DNA of 11,009 bases, taken from Deltaproteobacteria bacterium (GTDB lineage: Bacteria > Myxococcota_A > UBA9160 > SMWR01). The DNA lies in assembly GCA_032128375.1 (NCBI GenBank), contig JAQBGU010000074.1:1-11009 (forward strand), read 5' to 3'. Positions 1 through 8,867 of this stretch are shown here, one piece after another. A program made the translations under genes and the position numbers. Below the pieces are notes generated by a model that worked only from the letters and a program-made list of their open reading frames with translations, ran no database searches and had not been told where the DNA came from. Position 1 is the stretch's first letter; each line of letters starts with the position of its first letter.

Positions 1-284
1 ACATGCTGACAAAGGGATCACCGTCGCGTTGTCCGACGGAGAAGAGCGTTCTGTCGGCTTCAATCATGGGTACCGAAACTTGGCGGGTGTTGCACTAGGG
101 TCGGCGACGCGGCTAGGGTCATCACGAAAGCGATCAACAGAGCCTGTCGGTCCTGCGCAACATGCGCGGCACGATCGCGTGCCGCTCTCGAATCCGATCT
201 GCGGCGATCTGAATCGCGATCCGCTCGGGCAGCCGTTGCCGGGCTGCACTTTCCGAAATGATTCGGGCTAGGCTTTCATAGCTC

Positions 285-1106
285 ATGAGTCAGCCCACGA
301 TCCAGCGCCGAAACATCCGGCGGCGCATCAGGCGCAGTGTCCGCAACGCTTTCGTCAGGCCGCTCACACGGCTCGCGGTAGCCGTCGTTCCGAGGGTCTA
401 CGTCTTCTACATGAAGTTCGTGTTCGCGACGAGTCGCGTCGATACGAACGGTTTCCAGGTCCTGGACGAAATCAGTCAGAAACACGACGGAGCCGTCGCC
501 TTGCTGTGGCACGAAGAGGTATTCACGGTCGCATTCGCGTACGGGCGCGGCTTTTTGGCGGTTCAGCCCCATACCCTTGCGAGTATCGGGACCGTCGGCG
601 AGATCATTACGCGGATGCTCGAACTGTGCGGTTTCGCGGTCTTCCGCGGCGGTTCCAGCCGGAGAGCCTCTCGGCGGCGGTCAGCCGTGGTATCGGACAT
701 GATCGATCACATGAACGCGACGAGCAACGTCACCTATGGGATCACGGTCGACGGATCCCACGGGCCCGCTTACAGGATGAAGCGCGGTGGCGTCGTGATC
801 GCCCGAGAGTGCGGACGCCCAGTGGTGCTGGTGCGAACCTGGTACAAACGCCGCGTTCGCCTCGACACGTGGGATCGCACCGCCATCCCGCTTCCTTTCA
901 ACGTAATCAAGTACTACCTCGACGGCCCTTTCCGGGTGCCGGCAGACGCCAGCAGCGACGAGGGCCTCGCCCGCTTTCTTCTGCTGTTGGAAGACAAGTT
1001 GATCGACGTGGCGATCAACAGCTATCGTGAGATGGGGCAGCCGGTTCCTGCAAACCTCGTGAAACGATCTCCGGAGGAGCGGACCAAGGTGCTCGACGTT
1101 TCTTGA
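285..1106 (+). CDS. DUF374 / lysophospholipid acyltransferase family protein (LpxJ-like)
   Basis: 273-aa ORF with family-typical motifs LLWHEE, FRGGSSR, ITVDGSHGP and WDRTAIPLPF. Convergent with selB. Confidence 0.8.
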   Translation: MSQPTIQRRNIRRRIRRSVRNAFVRPLTRLAVAVVPRVYVFYMKFVFATSRVDTNGFQVLDEISQKHDGAVALLWHEEVFTVAFAYGRGFLAVQPHTLASIGTVGEIITRMLELCGFAVFRGGSSRRASRRRSAVVSDMIDHMNATSNVTYGITVDGSHGPAYRMKRGGVVIARECGRPVVLVRTWYKRRVRLDTWDRTAIPLPFNVIKYYLDGPFRVPADASSDEGLARFLLLLEDKLIDVAINSYREMGQPVPANLVKRSPEERTKVLDVS

Positions 1107-1128
1107 TCGTAAGTCATCGCGAAGACTC

Positions 1129-3060
1129 CTAGCCGCGGCGTAGCACGCGGGCGTCGCCGGAGCGGACGGTGAAGTGCTCCTGGTCGAAGAGTTCCATCAG
1201 CGGCACTGCCGTTCTGCGCGTGGTCCCGATCAACGCCTTGTAGTCGGGCGTCTCGAGCCGACCGTTTTCGCGAATGTGCGCCGCCACTTTCTCGCGCAGA
1301 GCGTCGACCGCTTCGGCGTCGAACCAGAAATCTCCGGGTGCTCGCACCAGTCGCTCGGCGCGCACGAGGTAGGCGAGCAGGTCGCCGAAGTGATCCGGAC
1401 TGACTCTGTGCCGATCGCTCCAGTCCTTGAGCGACGGCGGCTCGAGTCCGGCTGCGCGCGCATCGTCGAGCATGCGCGCAACGATCTCTTCGTCCTGCTT
1501 TCCGAGCTTTGCGCTGTGTTCCGGTAGCCGTCCGTAGTCGGCCTCGACTACCAGCGCAGCGCGCTCGCGAAGTCGCCCGATGACGCATTCCGCAGTGTCG
1601 CGTGACACGTTGTCAGGTAGGCTCCCGCGCAGCGCACCGGTGGGCATACCCGGTCGAATCGGCTCCGCAGCGTGATAGGCGGCAAGCGCGGCCAGCAGGC
1701 GGCGCTCCAGGCTTTCGAGCGAGTCGCGGTGCAGGAGCCGGTGGCTCGAGGTCTCGGCTGCCAGGCCGGATGCGCATACTGACGCGAGGGCCAGGTCGTA
1801 GGTCGACGCATCGAGGCCGACTTCGCGTCGAAGTCGATCGCCTTCGATTCCGGAAAGACCCATCCGTCGAATCCGAACCAGCAACGCGTCTTCGGGTTTG
1901 CCGGCAGCGAGCGCGGCCAGATCGGCGTGCAGGGTCGGATCGTTGCGGCGTCGATGCGGCGGTGCGGTATCGAGCACGATGCCACCACCGACGGTCGAGC
2001 CCCCCATCTCGTTTCGCGCGAATCCCCTCGCGATGAATCGGTCACCGGGGACCAACGGGATTGGCTCACCATCGATGTGAAGCCGCGCGTAGCCGATCGC
2101 GCCGGCCGCCAGCGTTGAATCGCCGATCGGCGCGAGTCGCGCACGGCGTTCTGCGGTTCCCGCCAGGAATTCGATCGCGGCCTGATCCTCGATTGGCGGA
2201 GCGGCAGCGAGCCACCACAACTTCACGTCGGCGGTCTGCGTGGGATCGATGGCGGCCGGCGTCGAGATCACCTGCCCGCGCGATACTTCGTCGAGTTCGA
2301 CACCCTGCAGGTTCACCGCACACCGAAGGCCCGGCCCACAAGTGTCGACCGACACACCGTGGCTCTGCAAGCCGCGAATTCGACAGCGCCGTCCGGTCGG
2401 CAGGATCTCGATCGCGTCGCCGATAGCGAATGAGCCTCCGATCAGCGTCCCCGTGACCACGCAGCCGAAACCCTTTGCCGCAAAACTGCGATCGATCGAC
2501 AGACGCGGCGTCCCGGTTCTCGGCGTGCGCGGCTTCGCACCGCTAATCAATTCGCCAATGGCTATGCGCAGCGCATCGATGCCGTCGCCCGTCAACGACG
2601 ACACCGGAAGGATGGGCGCGCCTGCAAGCAACGTCGGCTCCAACAGCTCGGCCACTTCCTCGGCGGCGAGCTCGGCCAGTTCCGGCTCAGTGTTGTCGAT
2701 TTTCGTCAACGCGACGATGCCGCGATCGATACCCAGCAATTCGCAGATCGCCACGTGTTCGCGGGTTTGCGGCATCACGCCCTCGTCGGCCGCCACCACC
2801 AGCACCACCATATCGATTCCGGTTGCGCCGGAGACCATCGTACGCACGAGCCCTTCGTGACCCGGAACATCGACGATGCTGACGCGGCGCCCGTCGGGCA
2901 GATCGAGTGGCGCAAACCCCAGGTCGATCGTGATGCCGCGCGCCTTCTCTTCCGGGAGCCGATCGGTATCGACGCCCGTTAGCGCGCGGATCAGCGCCGT
3001 CTTGCCGTGGTCGATATGACCGGCGGTGCCGAGCACCAGCTGGTCTTCAACGCGATCCAC
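1129..3060 (-). CDS. selB: Selenocysteine-specific translation elongation factor SelB
   Basis: [35 protein letters not shown] and TKID G-domain motifs, then EF-Tu-like barrels and a C-terminal winged-helix region. Start placed at in-frame GTG 3060, overlapping the serS stop; the ORF track extends it to 3129. Confidence 0.96.
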   Translation of the reverse strand: MDRVEDQLVLGTAGHIDHGKTALIRALTGVDTDRLPEEKARGITIDLGFAPLDLPDGRRVSIVDVPGHEGLVRTMVSGATGIDMVVLVVAADEGVMPQTREHVAICELLGIDRGIVALTKIDNTEPELAELAAEEVAELLEPTLLAGAPILPVSSLTGDGIDALRIAIGELISGAKPRTPRTGTPRLSIDRSFAAKGFGCVVTGTLIGGSFAIGDAIEILPTGRRCRIRGLQSHGVSVDTCGPGLRCAVNLQGVELDEVSRGQVISTPAAIDPTQTADVKLWWLAAAPPIEDQAAIEFLAGTAERRARLAPIGDSTLAAGAIGYARLHIDGEPIPLVPGDRFIARGFARNEMGGSTVGGGIVLDTAPPHRRRNDPTLHADLAALAAGKPEDALLVRIRRMGLSGIEGDRLRREVGLDASTYDLALASVCASGLAAETSSHRLLHRDSLESLERRLLAALAAYHAAEPIRPGMPTGALRGSLPDNVSRDTAECVIGRLRERAALVVEADYGRLPEHSAKLGKQDEEIVARMLDDARAAGLEPPSLKDWSDRHRVSPDHFGDLLAYLVRAERLVRAPGDFWFDAEAVDALREKVAAHIRENGRLETPDYKALIGTTRRTAVPLMELFDQEHFTVRSGDARVLRRG

Positions 3061-4348
3061 GGCCGTCGCCTGGCGCGAGCAGGCTTGGTCGGCCGCCCAT
3101 GTACGGCTGCAGCGCCTTGGGAATCGCAACCGACCCGTCGGCGCGCTGGTGGTTTTCGACGATCGCGACGATCGTGCGGGGCACGGCGCATGCTGTGCCG
3201 TTCAGCGTGTGGACGAACTCGTTTTTCTTGACGTCGGCGCGCCGGAAGCGCGTCTTCAGCCGGCGCGCCTGGTAGTCGGTGCAGTTCGATGCACTCGTCA
3301 ACTCGCCATAGTCGCCGCCATCGCCGCGCATGGGCATCCAACCCTCGATATCGAACTTGCGGTACGCGGGTGCACCCAGATCACCGGTTGCGACATCGAT
3401 CACCCGGTACGGGACCTCGAGGTCCTGCAAGATGCGCTCTTCGATCGCCAGCAACTCATCGTGCAGCGCAGCCGACTGTTCGGGCGCTGCGACGACGAAC
3501 ATCTCGACCTTGGTGAATTGGTGGACCCGGTACAGTCCCTTGCTTTCTCGACCAGCAGACCCAGCCTCGGTTCGGAAGCAATGGGAAAGGCCGACCATCC
3601 GGATGGGTAGATCGGCTTCGGCAAGTAGTTCGTCCGCGTGGAGTCCGCCTAGCGTGATCTCGGATGTTCCGATCAAATCGAGATCGGTATCCGTGATGGA
3701 GTAGATGTTCGTCTCGTTGCCGCGCGGGCTGAATGCGAGCGCGTCGACGATGTGTCGCCTGGCCACGTCCGGTGTCGAAAACGGCGCGTAGCCGGCCGCC
3801 ATCGCATGGTCGAGTGCATGCCGGGTCAGCGCGAGTTCGAGCAGCACTCCGTCGTTCTTCAGGTAGTACCACTTCTGGCCACTGACTTTCGCCGCCGACT
3901 CGAAGTCGAACAGGAAGAGCTTCTCGTTGAGTTCGAGGTGGGTCAGCGGTTCGAAATCGAAGTGACGGGGTTCGCCGACCTTGTGGAGCAACTTGAAGTC
4001 GTCCTCGCCGCCTTCCGGCGATTCCGGATGCAGAAGGTTCGGGATTGCGAGCATCTTCTGCTCGAGTTCCGCGCGCGCCTCGCCGACTCGCGGCTCGAGC
4101 GCAGCCACCTCGTCTTTCAATCGGCGGCCCTCGCTGGCATGCGCTTCGCGCTCAGCCGGCTCGAGCTTGCGTTTGCCTGAGGCCTGGTGCTCATTGCGTT
4201 GGCGATTGGCCTCGTCGAGTGCGGTCTGGACGGCGGCGACCCGCTGCTGGGCCGCGATGGCAGCGTCTACGTCCGCGCTTACGCGTCGCTTTCGGCAGCT
4301 TTCGACAATTTCGTCGCGGTGGGTTTCGAGGGTTCGCGGATCGAGCAT
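3047..4348 (-). CDS. serS: Serine--tRNA ligase
   Basis: MLDP start at ATG 4348, N-terminal coiled-coil arm, IPN, GTSE, motif 2 FRTEAG...GLYRVHQFTKVEMF, and ELTSASNCTDYQARRL...HTLNGTACAVPR. Confidence 0.97.
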   Translation of the reverse strand: MLDPRTLETHRDEIVESCRKRRVSADVDAAIAAQQRVAAVQTALDEANRQRNEHQASGKRKLEPAEREAHASEGRRLKDEVAALEPRVGEARAELEQKMLAIPNLLHPESPEGGEDDFKLLHKVGEPRHFDFEPLTHLELNEKLFLFDFESAAKVSGQKWYYLKNDGVLLELALTRHALDHAMAAGYAPFSTPDVARRHIVDALAFSPRGNETNIYSITDTDLDLIGTSEITLGGLHADELLAEADLPIRMVGLSHCFRTEAGSAGRESKGLYRVHQFTKVEMFVVAAPEQSAALHDELLAIEERILQDLEVPYRVIDVATGDLGAPAYRKFDIEGWMPMRGDGGDYGELTSASNCTDYQARRLKTRFRRADVKKNEFVHTLNGTACAVPRTIVAIVENHQRADGSVAIPKALQPYMGGRPSLLAPGDGRGSR

Positions 4349-4424
4349 GGCCCGAGAGAGAAGCACAGCAAAAGCGCCCGGTCCAATCGCCAGCCGGCAT
4401 GCGAATCTTCGCCCACACGCGGAC

Positions 4425-4682
4425 TCAGACCAGCCGGACTCCACCGCGGCTCACCGAAATCGCGAAATTGGGGCAGGCACGGGCGGCCGCGAGAACCACG
4501 AGGTCGTCGTCGCGGTTCGCCGCTGAGCGTGGGATCGAATCGGAGCCCGCGGCCGGCAAGATCAGCTTCGCGCGATCATCGTCATCGAGCGCGAACGACC
4601 GACCGGCGCGAAGCACACACTCCCCTACACCGCGGCACGCAGAGCGGTCGATCACGATCTCGAGTTCGCTAAGGCCAGCCAT
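4425..4682 (-). CDS. Single-cluster ferredoxin, probably 3Fe-4S type
   Basis: 85 aa with IDRSAC-RGVGE-C (CxxXxxC lacking the second Cys) and distal ACPNFAI. Confidence 0.8.
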   Translation of the reverse strand: MAGLSELEIVIDRSACRGVGECVLRAGRSFALDDDDRAKLILPAAGSDSIPRSAANRDDDLVVLAAARACPNFAISVSRGGVRLV

Positions 4683-4726
4683 TCACCAGAATGGTAGGCG
4701 CCTGGCTCGCTCGGTTCTACCGTCAG

Positions 4727-4777
4727 AACGTCATCTTCGTCCGAGCGTGGCGAACAGGGCTGTGGTCTGAGCACCCG
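4727..4777 (-). pseudogene. Possible decayed N-terminal remnant of an integron integrase
   Basis: Translates RVLRPQPCSPRSDEDDV, which aligns without gaps to my recalled IntI N-terminal pattern RxxRxRHYSxRTExAYV. Divergent from and about 240 nt upstream of the first cassette. Confidence 0.4.
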
Positions 4778-4994
4778 CCCGTCAGTACCCCCAGCGCGAG
4801 CCCTGCTCGAGGATCGCAACGCCCAAGCGAACACCAGTCGTTCTATCCGCACCTTCGGGCATGGATAACGCTATGACGAGTCAGCGACCGGCGGCGCCCT
4901 ATCTCGCAGTCGCAATGAAGGATTCTGGCAGACCGCTCACAACCCGAGAGAACAATATCCAGCAGGACGCGGCGGGACAACTCGATTACACTGG

Positions 4995-5018
4995 CAGCCG
5001 GTTACTAACGAGTTGGGC
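4995..5018 (+). other. Candidate attI / first cassette insertion point (G^TTGGGC)
   Basis: GTTGGGC at 5012-5018 fits GTTRRRY. TTGGGCGGCGTG (5013-5024) is complementary at 11/12 to CACGCCGTCCAA (5991-6002) at the cassette end. No attC hairpin seen upstream. Confidence 0.55.
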
Positions 5019-5064
5019 GGCGTGGTCAGGCGTCCAACGCCACGAAGGACCGGAGAGAATCGCG

Positions 5065-5985
5065 ATGACGGTTGCGGAGTTCGAGACTGCCAGAGTTGCC
5101 AAGGTGAATGGAACGAGCCTTGCCTATTGCGAGCAGGGTGAAGGCGAGCCGGTCGTTATGGTTCACGGCGGCCTGGGAGACCTCCGAATTTGGCTACCAC
5201 AGTTGCCTGCGATTGGAAGCCACTATCGCGCGATCACATACAGCCGCCGCTACTCGCGGCCCAACCCGGAAATATCGCCGGGCGCCGATGACCCATGGCT
5301 GACACACGTCGATGACCTTGCCGCCTTCATTCGAGAGTTGGGTGCCGCACCTGCACACATTGTCGGGAACTCCCAAGGCGCCTTCATAAGTCTGCTCACC
5401 GCCGTGCGACATCCCGATGTTGTGCGCACGCTAGTACTGGAGGAGCCTCCTGTGATCCCACTCTTCGTGAAGAGTGTACCCCCGGGCGTGGTGGAACTAC
5501 TGGGTCTGATCATGACTCGCCCCCGCATTGCATTCGAGATCTTGAAGTTTGGGGGCGGTACCGTCGCCCGTGTACAGAAAGCCTTCGAGCGTGGTGACGA
5601 CGAAGAGGCGATGCTGATCTTCCTTCGGGGCGTCCTCGGCGATAAACACTTCGAACTCCTAAGTGACGCGCGCAAGGCGCAGGCACTAGAGAACATCAGC
5701 ACGATGCGCGCGTTCGCACTCGGAGACAGCGGGTTTCCGCCGCTTGACGACGATGATGTCCGAGGAGTCGAGGTTCCGGTGCTGCTCTTGACCGGAGACG
5801 ACAGTCCCCGGATGGCCCATCTCCTGACCGACCGCCTCGAGGAATTGTTGCCCAACGTCGAGCGGGCCGGAATCCCCGCCGCGTCGCACGACATGCACCT
5901 CGACAATCCCTCTGTTGCCAGCGATGCGATCCTCGGCTTCCTCGCACGGTCTCGCGGCGGCACAACTCCCAACCCCATCGCGTAA
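5065..5985 (+). CDS. Alpha/beta fold hydrolase (gene cassette)
   Basis: HGG oxyanion motif, GNSQG nucleophile elbow, C-terminal ASHDMH His. GGAGAG RBS precedes ATG 5065. The longer 4861 start crosses the cassette boundary. Confidence 0.9.
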   Translation: MTVAEFETARVAKVNGTSLAYCEQGEGEPVVMVHGGLGDLRIWLPQLPAIGSHYRAITYSRRYSRPNPEISPGADDPWLTHVDDLAAFIRELGAAPAHIVGNSQGAFISLLTAVRHPDVVRTLVLEEPPVIPLFVKSVPPGVVELLGLIMTRPRIAFEILKFGGGTVARVQKAFERGDDEEAMLIFLRGVLGDKHFELLSDARKAQALENISTMRAFALGDSGFPPLDDDDVRGVEVPVLLLTGDDSPRMAHLLTDRLEELLPNVERAGIPAASHDMHLDNPSVASDAILGFLARSRGGTTPNPIA

Positions 5986-5996
5986 GATCGCACGCC

Positions 5997-6128
5997 GTCC
6001 AAGGCGCTGCAGCTGACGGCCAACAGCGCGCTTCAATCGAGGTTTGGTAGCCTTCTGGCATTCAACTTCGGTGGCTCAGCGACCTTGGGCGGCGCTGCTG
6101 GCCGCAGCTGAGCGCAAAACCGTTAGAT
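5997..6128 (+). repeat. attC site with damaged R'' box
   Basis: L'' GCTGCAGC (6006-6013), L' GCTGAGC (6107-6113), stem GGCCAACAGCGC/GCGCTGCTGGCC, R' GTTAGAT (6122-6128). R'' reads GTCC-AAGGC, consistent with loss of AAC. Confidence 0.85.
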
Positions 6129-6320
6129 ACTCTATTTCGCAGTCAAGCGCCTAGCCCATAGAATTTCTCCCCTTCGAAGTCTCGATCGTGTTTCATCATT
6201 CCGTAGATGGCGTGTAGGAGCTTTCGCATCACCGCAAGGTTCGCCTGCATCTTGGTCTTTCCTCTGGCAGCTTCTCGTAGAAGGCCTTCACGTGCGGCTC
6301 GTACTGCACGGCGACGATCG
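6125..6320 (-). mobile_element. IS110-group remnant 1: transposase C-terminus and right end
   Basis: Not in the ORF track. Minus strand reads IVAVQYEPHVKAFYEKL / frameshift near 6268 / ARGKTKMQANLAVMRKLLHAIYGMMKHDRDFEGEKFYGLGA* (stop 6143-6145). Ends CTTGACTGCGAAATAGAGTATCT, an IS621/IS492-style end with a TTGACT -35 and CT core. Confidence 0.85.
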
Positions 6321-6324
6321 ACGG

Positions 6325-6638
6325 CTCATTCGTTCCCTCATGTCGTCCCATTCAACAAGACACTGGCGGCGCGCCGAACCGAAGCGCGTCACCCGTGTTT
6401 GCGGGCTGGGGGGGAGGGGCAGAGATCCAGAAGAGTCGAGTGGACCCTCGCGAATGTCCCTTGGAGCGAGAGGGGGTGTCCAATCAAGCGCTCGCGCTAC
6501 CGGGTGTTCGTGTCCAGGATGCCAGGCTCGTCTTCGCACAAGGCGATACAGATCTTGTGATCTCAGGTTCGGCATCTCAGTCGGACTCCACCGTGAGTGG
6601 CTCGAGTTAGGCGACGGGCTCGCCCCCTCTCCTCCGTC
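6325..6638 (-). ncRNA. 3' non-coding end of IS110-family remnant 2 (candidate bridge/seekRNA, probably truncated)
   Basis: About 310 nt without a credible ORF directly downstream of an IS110 transposase stop, the position of the guide RNA in IS1111-group elements. Confidence 0.55.
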
Positions 6639-7121
6639 CTACATCCTCAAGAAACGCTCGAGGTCGAACGCTCGCTTGCGCTTCAGCACGAAGTAGGCGG
6701 CCCTTCCGATGCGATGAGCCAGAATCGAGAGCGCCTTTCCTTTAACATGTTTCTTCGCCAAACGATCGACGAGCTTCTTGCCGTCTGGGCACTTCGCCAA
6801 CAAAAGCACCGCCTCGGAGAAAGCCCATTTCAAATGGACGTTGCCCATCTTCGCACCGCTGGTGCCTTTGATCTTCCCCGCTGATGAACTCTGGCACTTC
6901 ACCAGCCGGTTGTAGGAAGCGAACTCCTGGACCCGCGCGAAGCGGTGAATGTCGTGTACCTCGTAGAGGATCGTAAGCTCCAGGATCTTGCCGATTCCGG
7001 GGATCGTCTTGAGCCGCGCAAAGGCATCGCGGTCGCGTCCGCGCGCCTGGCGCAGCACTGTGAGCTCCATGGTCTAGGTCGATTCCGCAGTAGTGCTGTG
7101 GTTCTGGGTGTAGAATCTCAG
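6639..7121 (-). pseudogene. IS110-family (IS1111-type) transposase remnant 2
   Basis: N-terminus (CTG)RFYTQNH / frameshift / HYCGIDL fused directly to the C-terminal domain LKTIPGIGKIL...RFARVQEFASY...SSAGK...KMGNVHLKWAFSEA...LAHRIGRAAY. Most of the RuvC/DEDD domain is deleted. Confidence 0.9.
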
Positions 7122-7161
7122 TTCCTTCTTGGAGACGAGACCTTTCAAAGGAGACGAAGTA

Positions 7162-8805
7162 ATGAGGCAGTTCATCAGCAGTCTGGCGGTCCTTGTAGCC
7201 TGCACCGTGCTGGCTGCGCCTCGTTTGGCCACTGCCCAAACGACAACCGCAATCCCGGCGCCGCTCACCACGCCTGACAAGGTCAACAGCCGAATTGGAC
7301 CGCTCGACTTCAAGGATGGAATGCCCAGCAAGTCAACTTTGGAAAAGGTCTATGACAACCTGGATTTCACGCACGCATTTGAGGCGTTCGTCAACACCAT
7401 GCAGGGCGTGAGCGCTGCCGCTGCCCGGAAAGGCCTTCTCGACATCGGGGTGAAGGACAATGAGATTCTTTTGTTCTCCACGTTGATGGATGCCAAGTCG
7501 CTGTTCCTGACGGCGAACGCGGATACGGTCTACTTCGTCGGCTTCATCGATCTCACCAAGGGGCCCATGGTGTTCGAGACTCCACCCAAGGCGCTGGGCA
7601 CCCTCGACGACATGTGGTGGCACTGGGTCATTGACTTCGGCTTGCCCGGTCCGGATCGAGGTGAAGGCGGAAGATACCTCATCCTGCCGCCCGGCTACGA
7701 CGGTCCGCTGCCCGAGGGTGGGTTCTTTGTCGCCCACGCTAGGACCACCCGCGTCCTGATTCTCGGGCGCATGTTCCTGGAGAACGACGATCCGAAGCCG
7801 GCGGCAGACGTGATTCGAAAGTTCACCAAGATTTACCCATACGAGGCAGGTGGCCTTGGCACGCCCATTGCCGAGTTTCTGAGCGGCAAGGCCAGGCTGG
7901 GTCGGGTCACGCCGCCGCCAGCGACAGTGTTTCATGAAGGCAGCGGCAAGGTGATGAACACCGTCCCGCCCAATGACTTCAGTTACTACGAGATGCTTGA
8001 CGAGGCCGTGCAACAGGAGCCGGCTACCTCGCTCGACCCTGAGCTGATGGGCCCTTTGGCCGCCATCGGCATCATCAAAGGCAAACCCTTTGCGCCCGAC
8101 GCGCGGATGAAAAGGACTATGACCGAAGCGCTCGCGGTCGCGAACGCCACCTCGCGCAGCCTGCTCATGAGTCCCCGCGATCCAAGCTGGTTCTACTATC
8201 CCAACTCCGCGTGGATGAATCCCCTGTTTGTCAATGGCTATGAGTTCCAGACACCGATCCCGGAAATCGTCGGACCTGTCCGCGACGGGATGCGAATTCC
8301 CGAAGGGGTCAAACCATTCCCGGACACCGGTTATCGCACGCTCGATGCACGGTCGGCATTCTTCTACGGCATCACCGGCATCACGCCGGCCATGGCCATG
8401 CGTATGACGGGGATCGGCTCGCAGTATCTCTTTGCCGCTCTGGATGCGAACAAGCAGTACTACGACGGCGCCAAGACTTACAAAGTGACGCTGCCGAAGG
8501 GCATTCCGGAGGCGAAATTCTGGTCCTTGACGCTGTACGACAACCAGACGCGATCGATGCTGGACACGCCGCAGCGCTACCCCCGCGCTGGCAGCCAGAG
8601 CTATCCGTCGCCCGCCGCCGAATCGAACGCCGACGGCTCCACGACCGTGTCCTTCGGCCCCCGGCAGCCTGACGGCGTCAAGCGCGGCAACTGGATCCAG
8701 ACGATGCCCGAGAAGGGTTTCTTCGTCATCCTGCGTCTATACAGCCCGCTCGAGCCGTTCTTCACCAAAGAGTGGCGACCGAGCGAGATCGAAATGGTTC
8801 CGTGA
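7162..8805 (+). CDS. Secreted DUF1254/DUF1214 domain protein
   Basis: AAGGAG RBS, signal peptide MRQFISSLAVLVACTVLAAPRLATA-Q, motifs LFLTANADTVY, GPDRGEGGRYLILPPGY, FWSLTLYD, NWIQT and LRLYSPLE. Confidence 0.9.
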   Translation: MRQFISSLAVLVACTVLAAPRLATAQTTTAIPAPLTTPDKVNSRIGPLDFKDGMPSKSTLEKVYDNLDFTHAFEAFVNTMQGVSAAAARKGLLDIGVKDNEILLFSTLMDAKSLFLTANADTVYFVGFIDLTKGPMVFETPPKALGTLDDMWWHWVIDFGLPGPDRGEGGRYLILPPGYDGPLPEGGFFVAHARTTRVLILGRMFLENDDPKPAADVIRKFTKIYPYEAGGLGTPIAEFLSGKARLGRVTPPPATVFHEGSGKVMNTVPPNDFSYYEMLDEAVQQEPATSLDPELMGPLAAIGIIKGKPFAPDARMKRTMTEALAVANATSRSLLMSPRDPSWFYYPNSAWMNPLFVNGYEFQTPIPEIVGPVRDGMRIPEGVKPFPDTGYRTLDARSAFFYGITGITPAMAMRMTGIGSQYLFAALDANKQYYDGAKTYKVTLPKGIPEAKFWSLTLYDNQTRSMLDTPQRYPRAGSQSYPSPAAESNADGSTTVSFGPRQPDGVKRGNWIQTMPEKGFFVILRLYSPLEPFFTKEWRPSEIEMVP

Positions 8806-8835
8806 GCCCAGGGCCAGCTGACGACCACGTTAGGC
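8806..8835 (+). repeat. Internally deleted attC remnant
   Basis: GCCCA directly after the stop, then CAGCTGACGACCAC and R' GTTAGGC (8829-8835). Too short for a full attC hairpin. Confidence 0.65.
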
Positions 8836-8867
8836 GACTGTCCAGTTGCCTCATTGAGGGGAAATCC

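Noticed and set aside
1..284. Possible selC (tRNA-Sec) or small ORFs 29-271 and 64-249
   Set aside because: No TCA anticodon arm with a GTTCGA T-loop cloverleaf was found, and the ORFs lack recognisable motifs. A minus-strand gene start near 68 cannot be supported.
3047..4427. TGA stops of serS and the ferredoxin as Sec codons
   Set aside because: Both occur at the normal protein end, not at Cys-equivalent positions. No selenoprotein candidate was seen in the window.
1022..4770. Many long overlapping or antisense ORFs over selB and serS
   Set aside because: Shadow ORFs typical of high-GC coding DNA, Arg/Ala/Ser-rich with no motifs.
4960..4992. Cassette promoter Pc with -10 TACACT at 4987-4992
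   Set aside because: No convincing -35 at the correct spacing.
4861..5064. 68-aa N-terminal extension of the hydrolase
   Set aside because: It crosses the cassette boundary at 5012, and a good RBS-ATG exists at 5065.
6207..6696. ORFs 6207-6560, 6288-6575, 6292-6696 and 6395-6610
   Set aside because: They span IS non-coding sequence and a transposase fragment, with no protein-like features.
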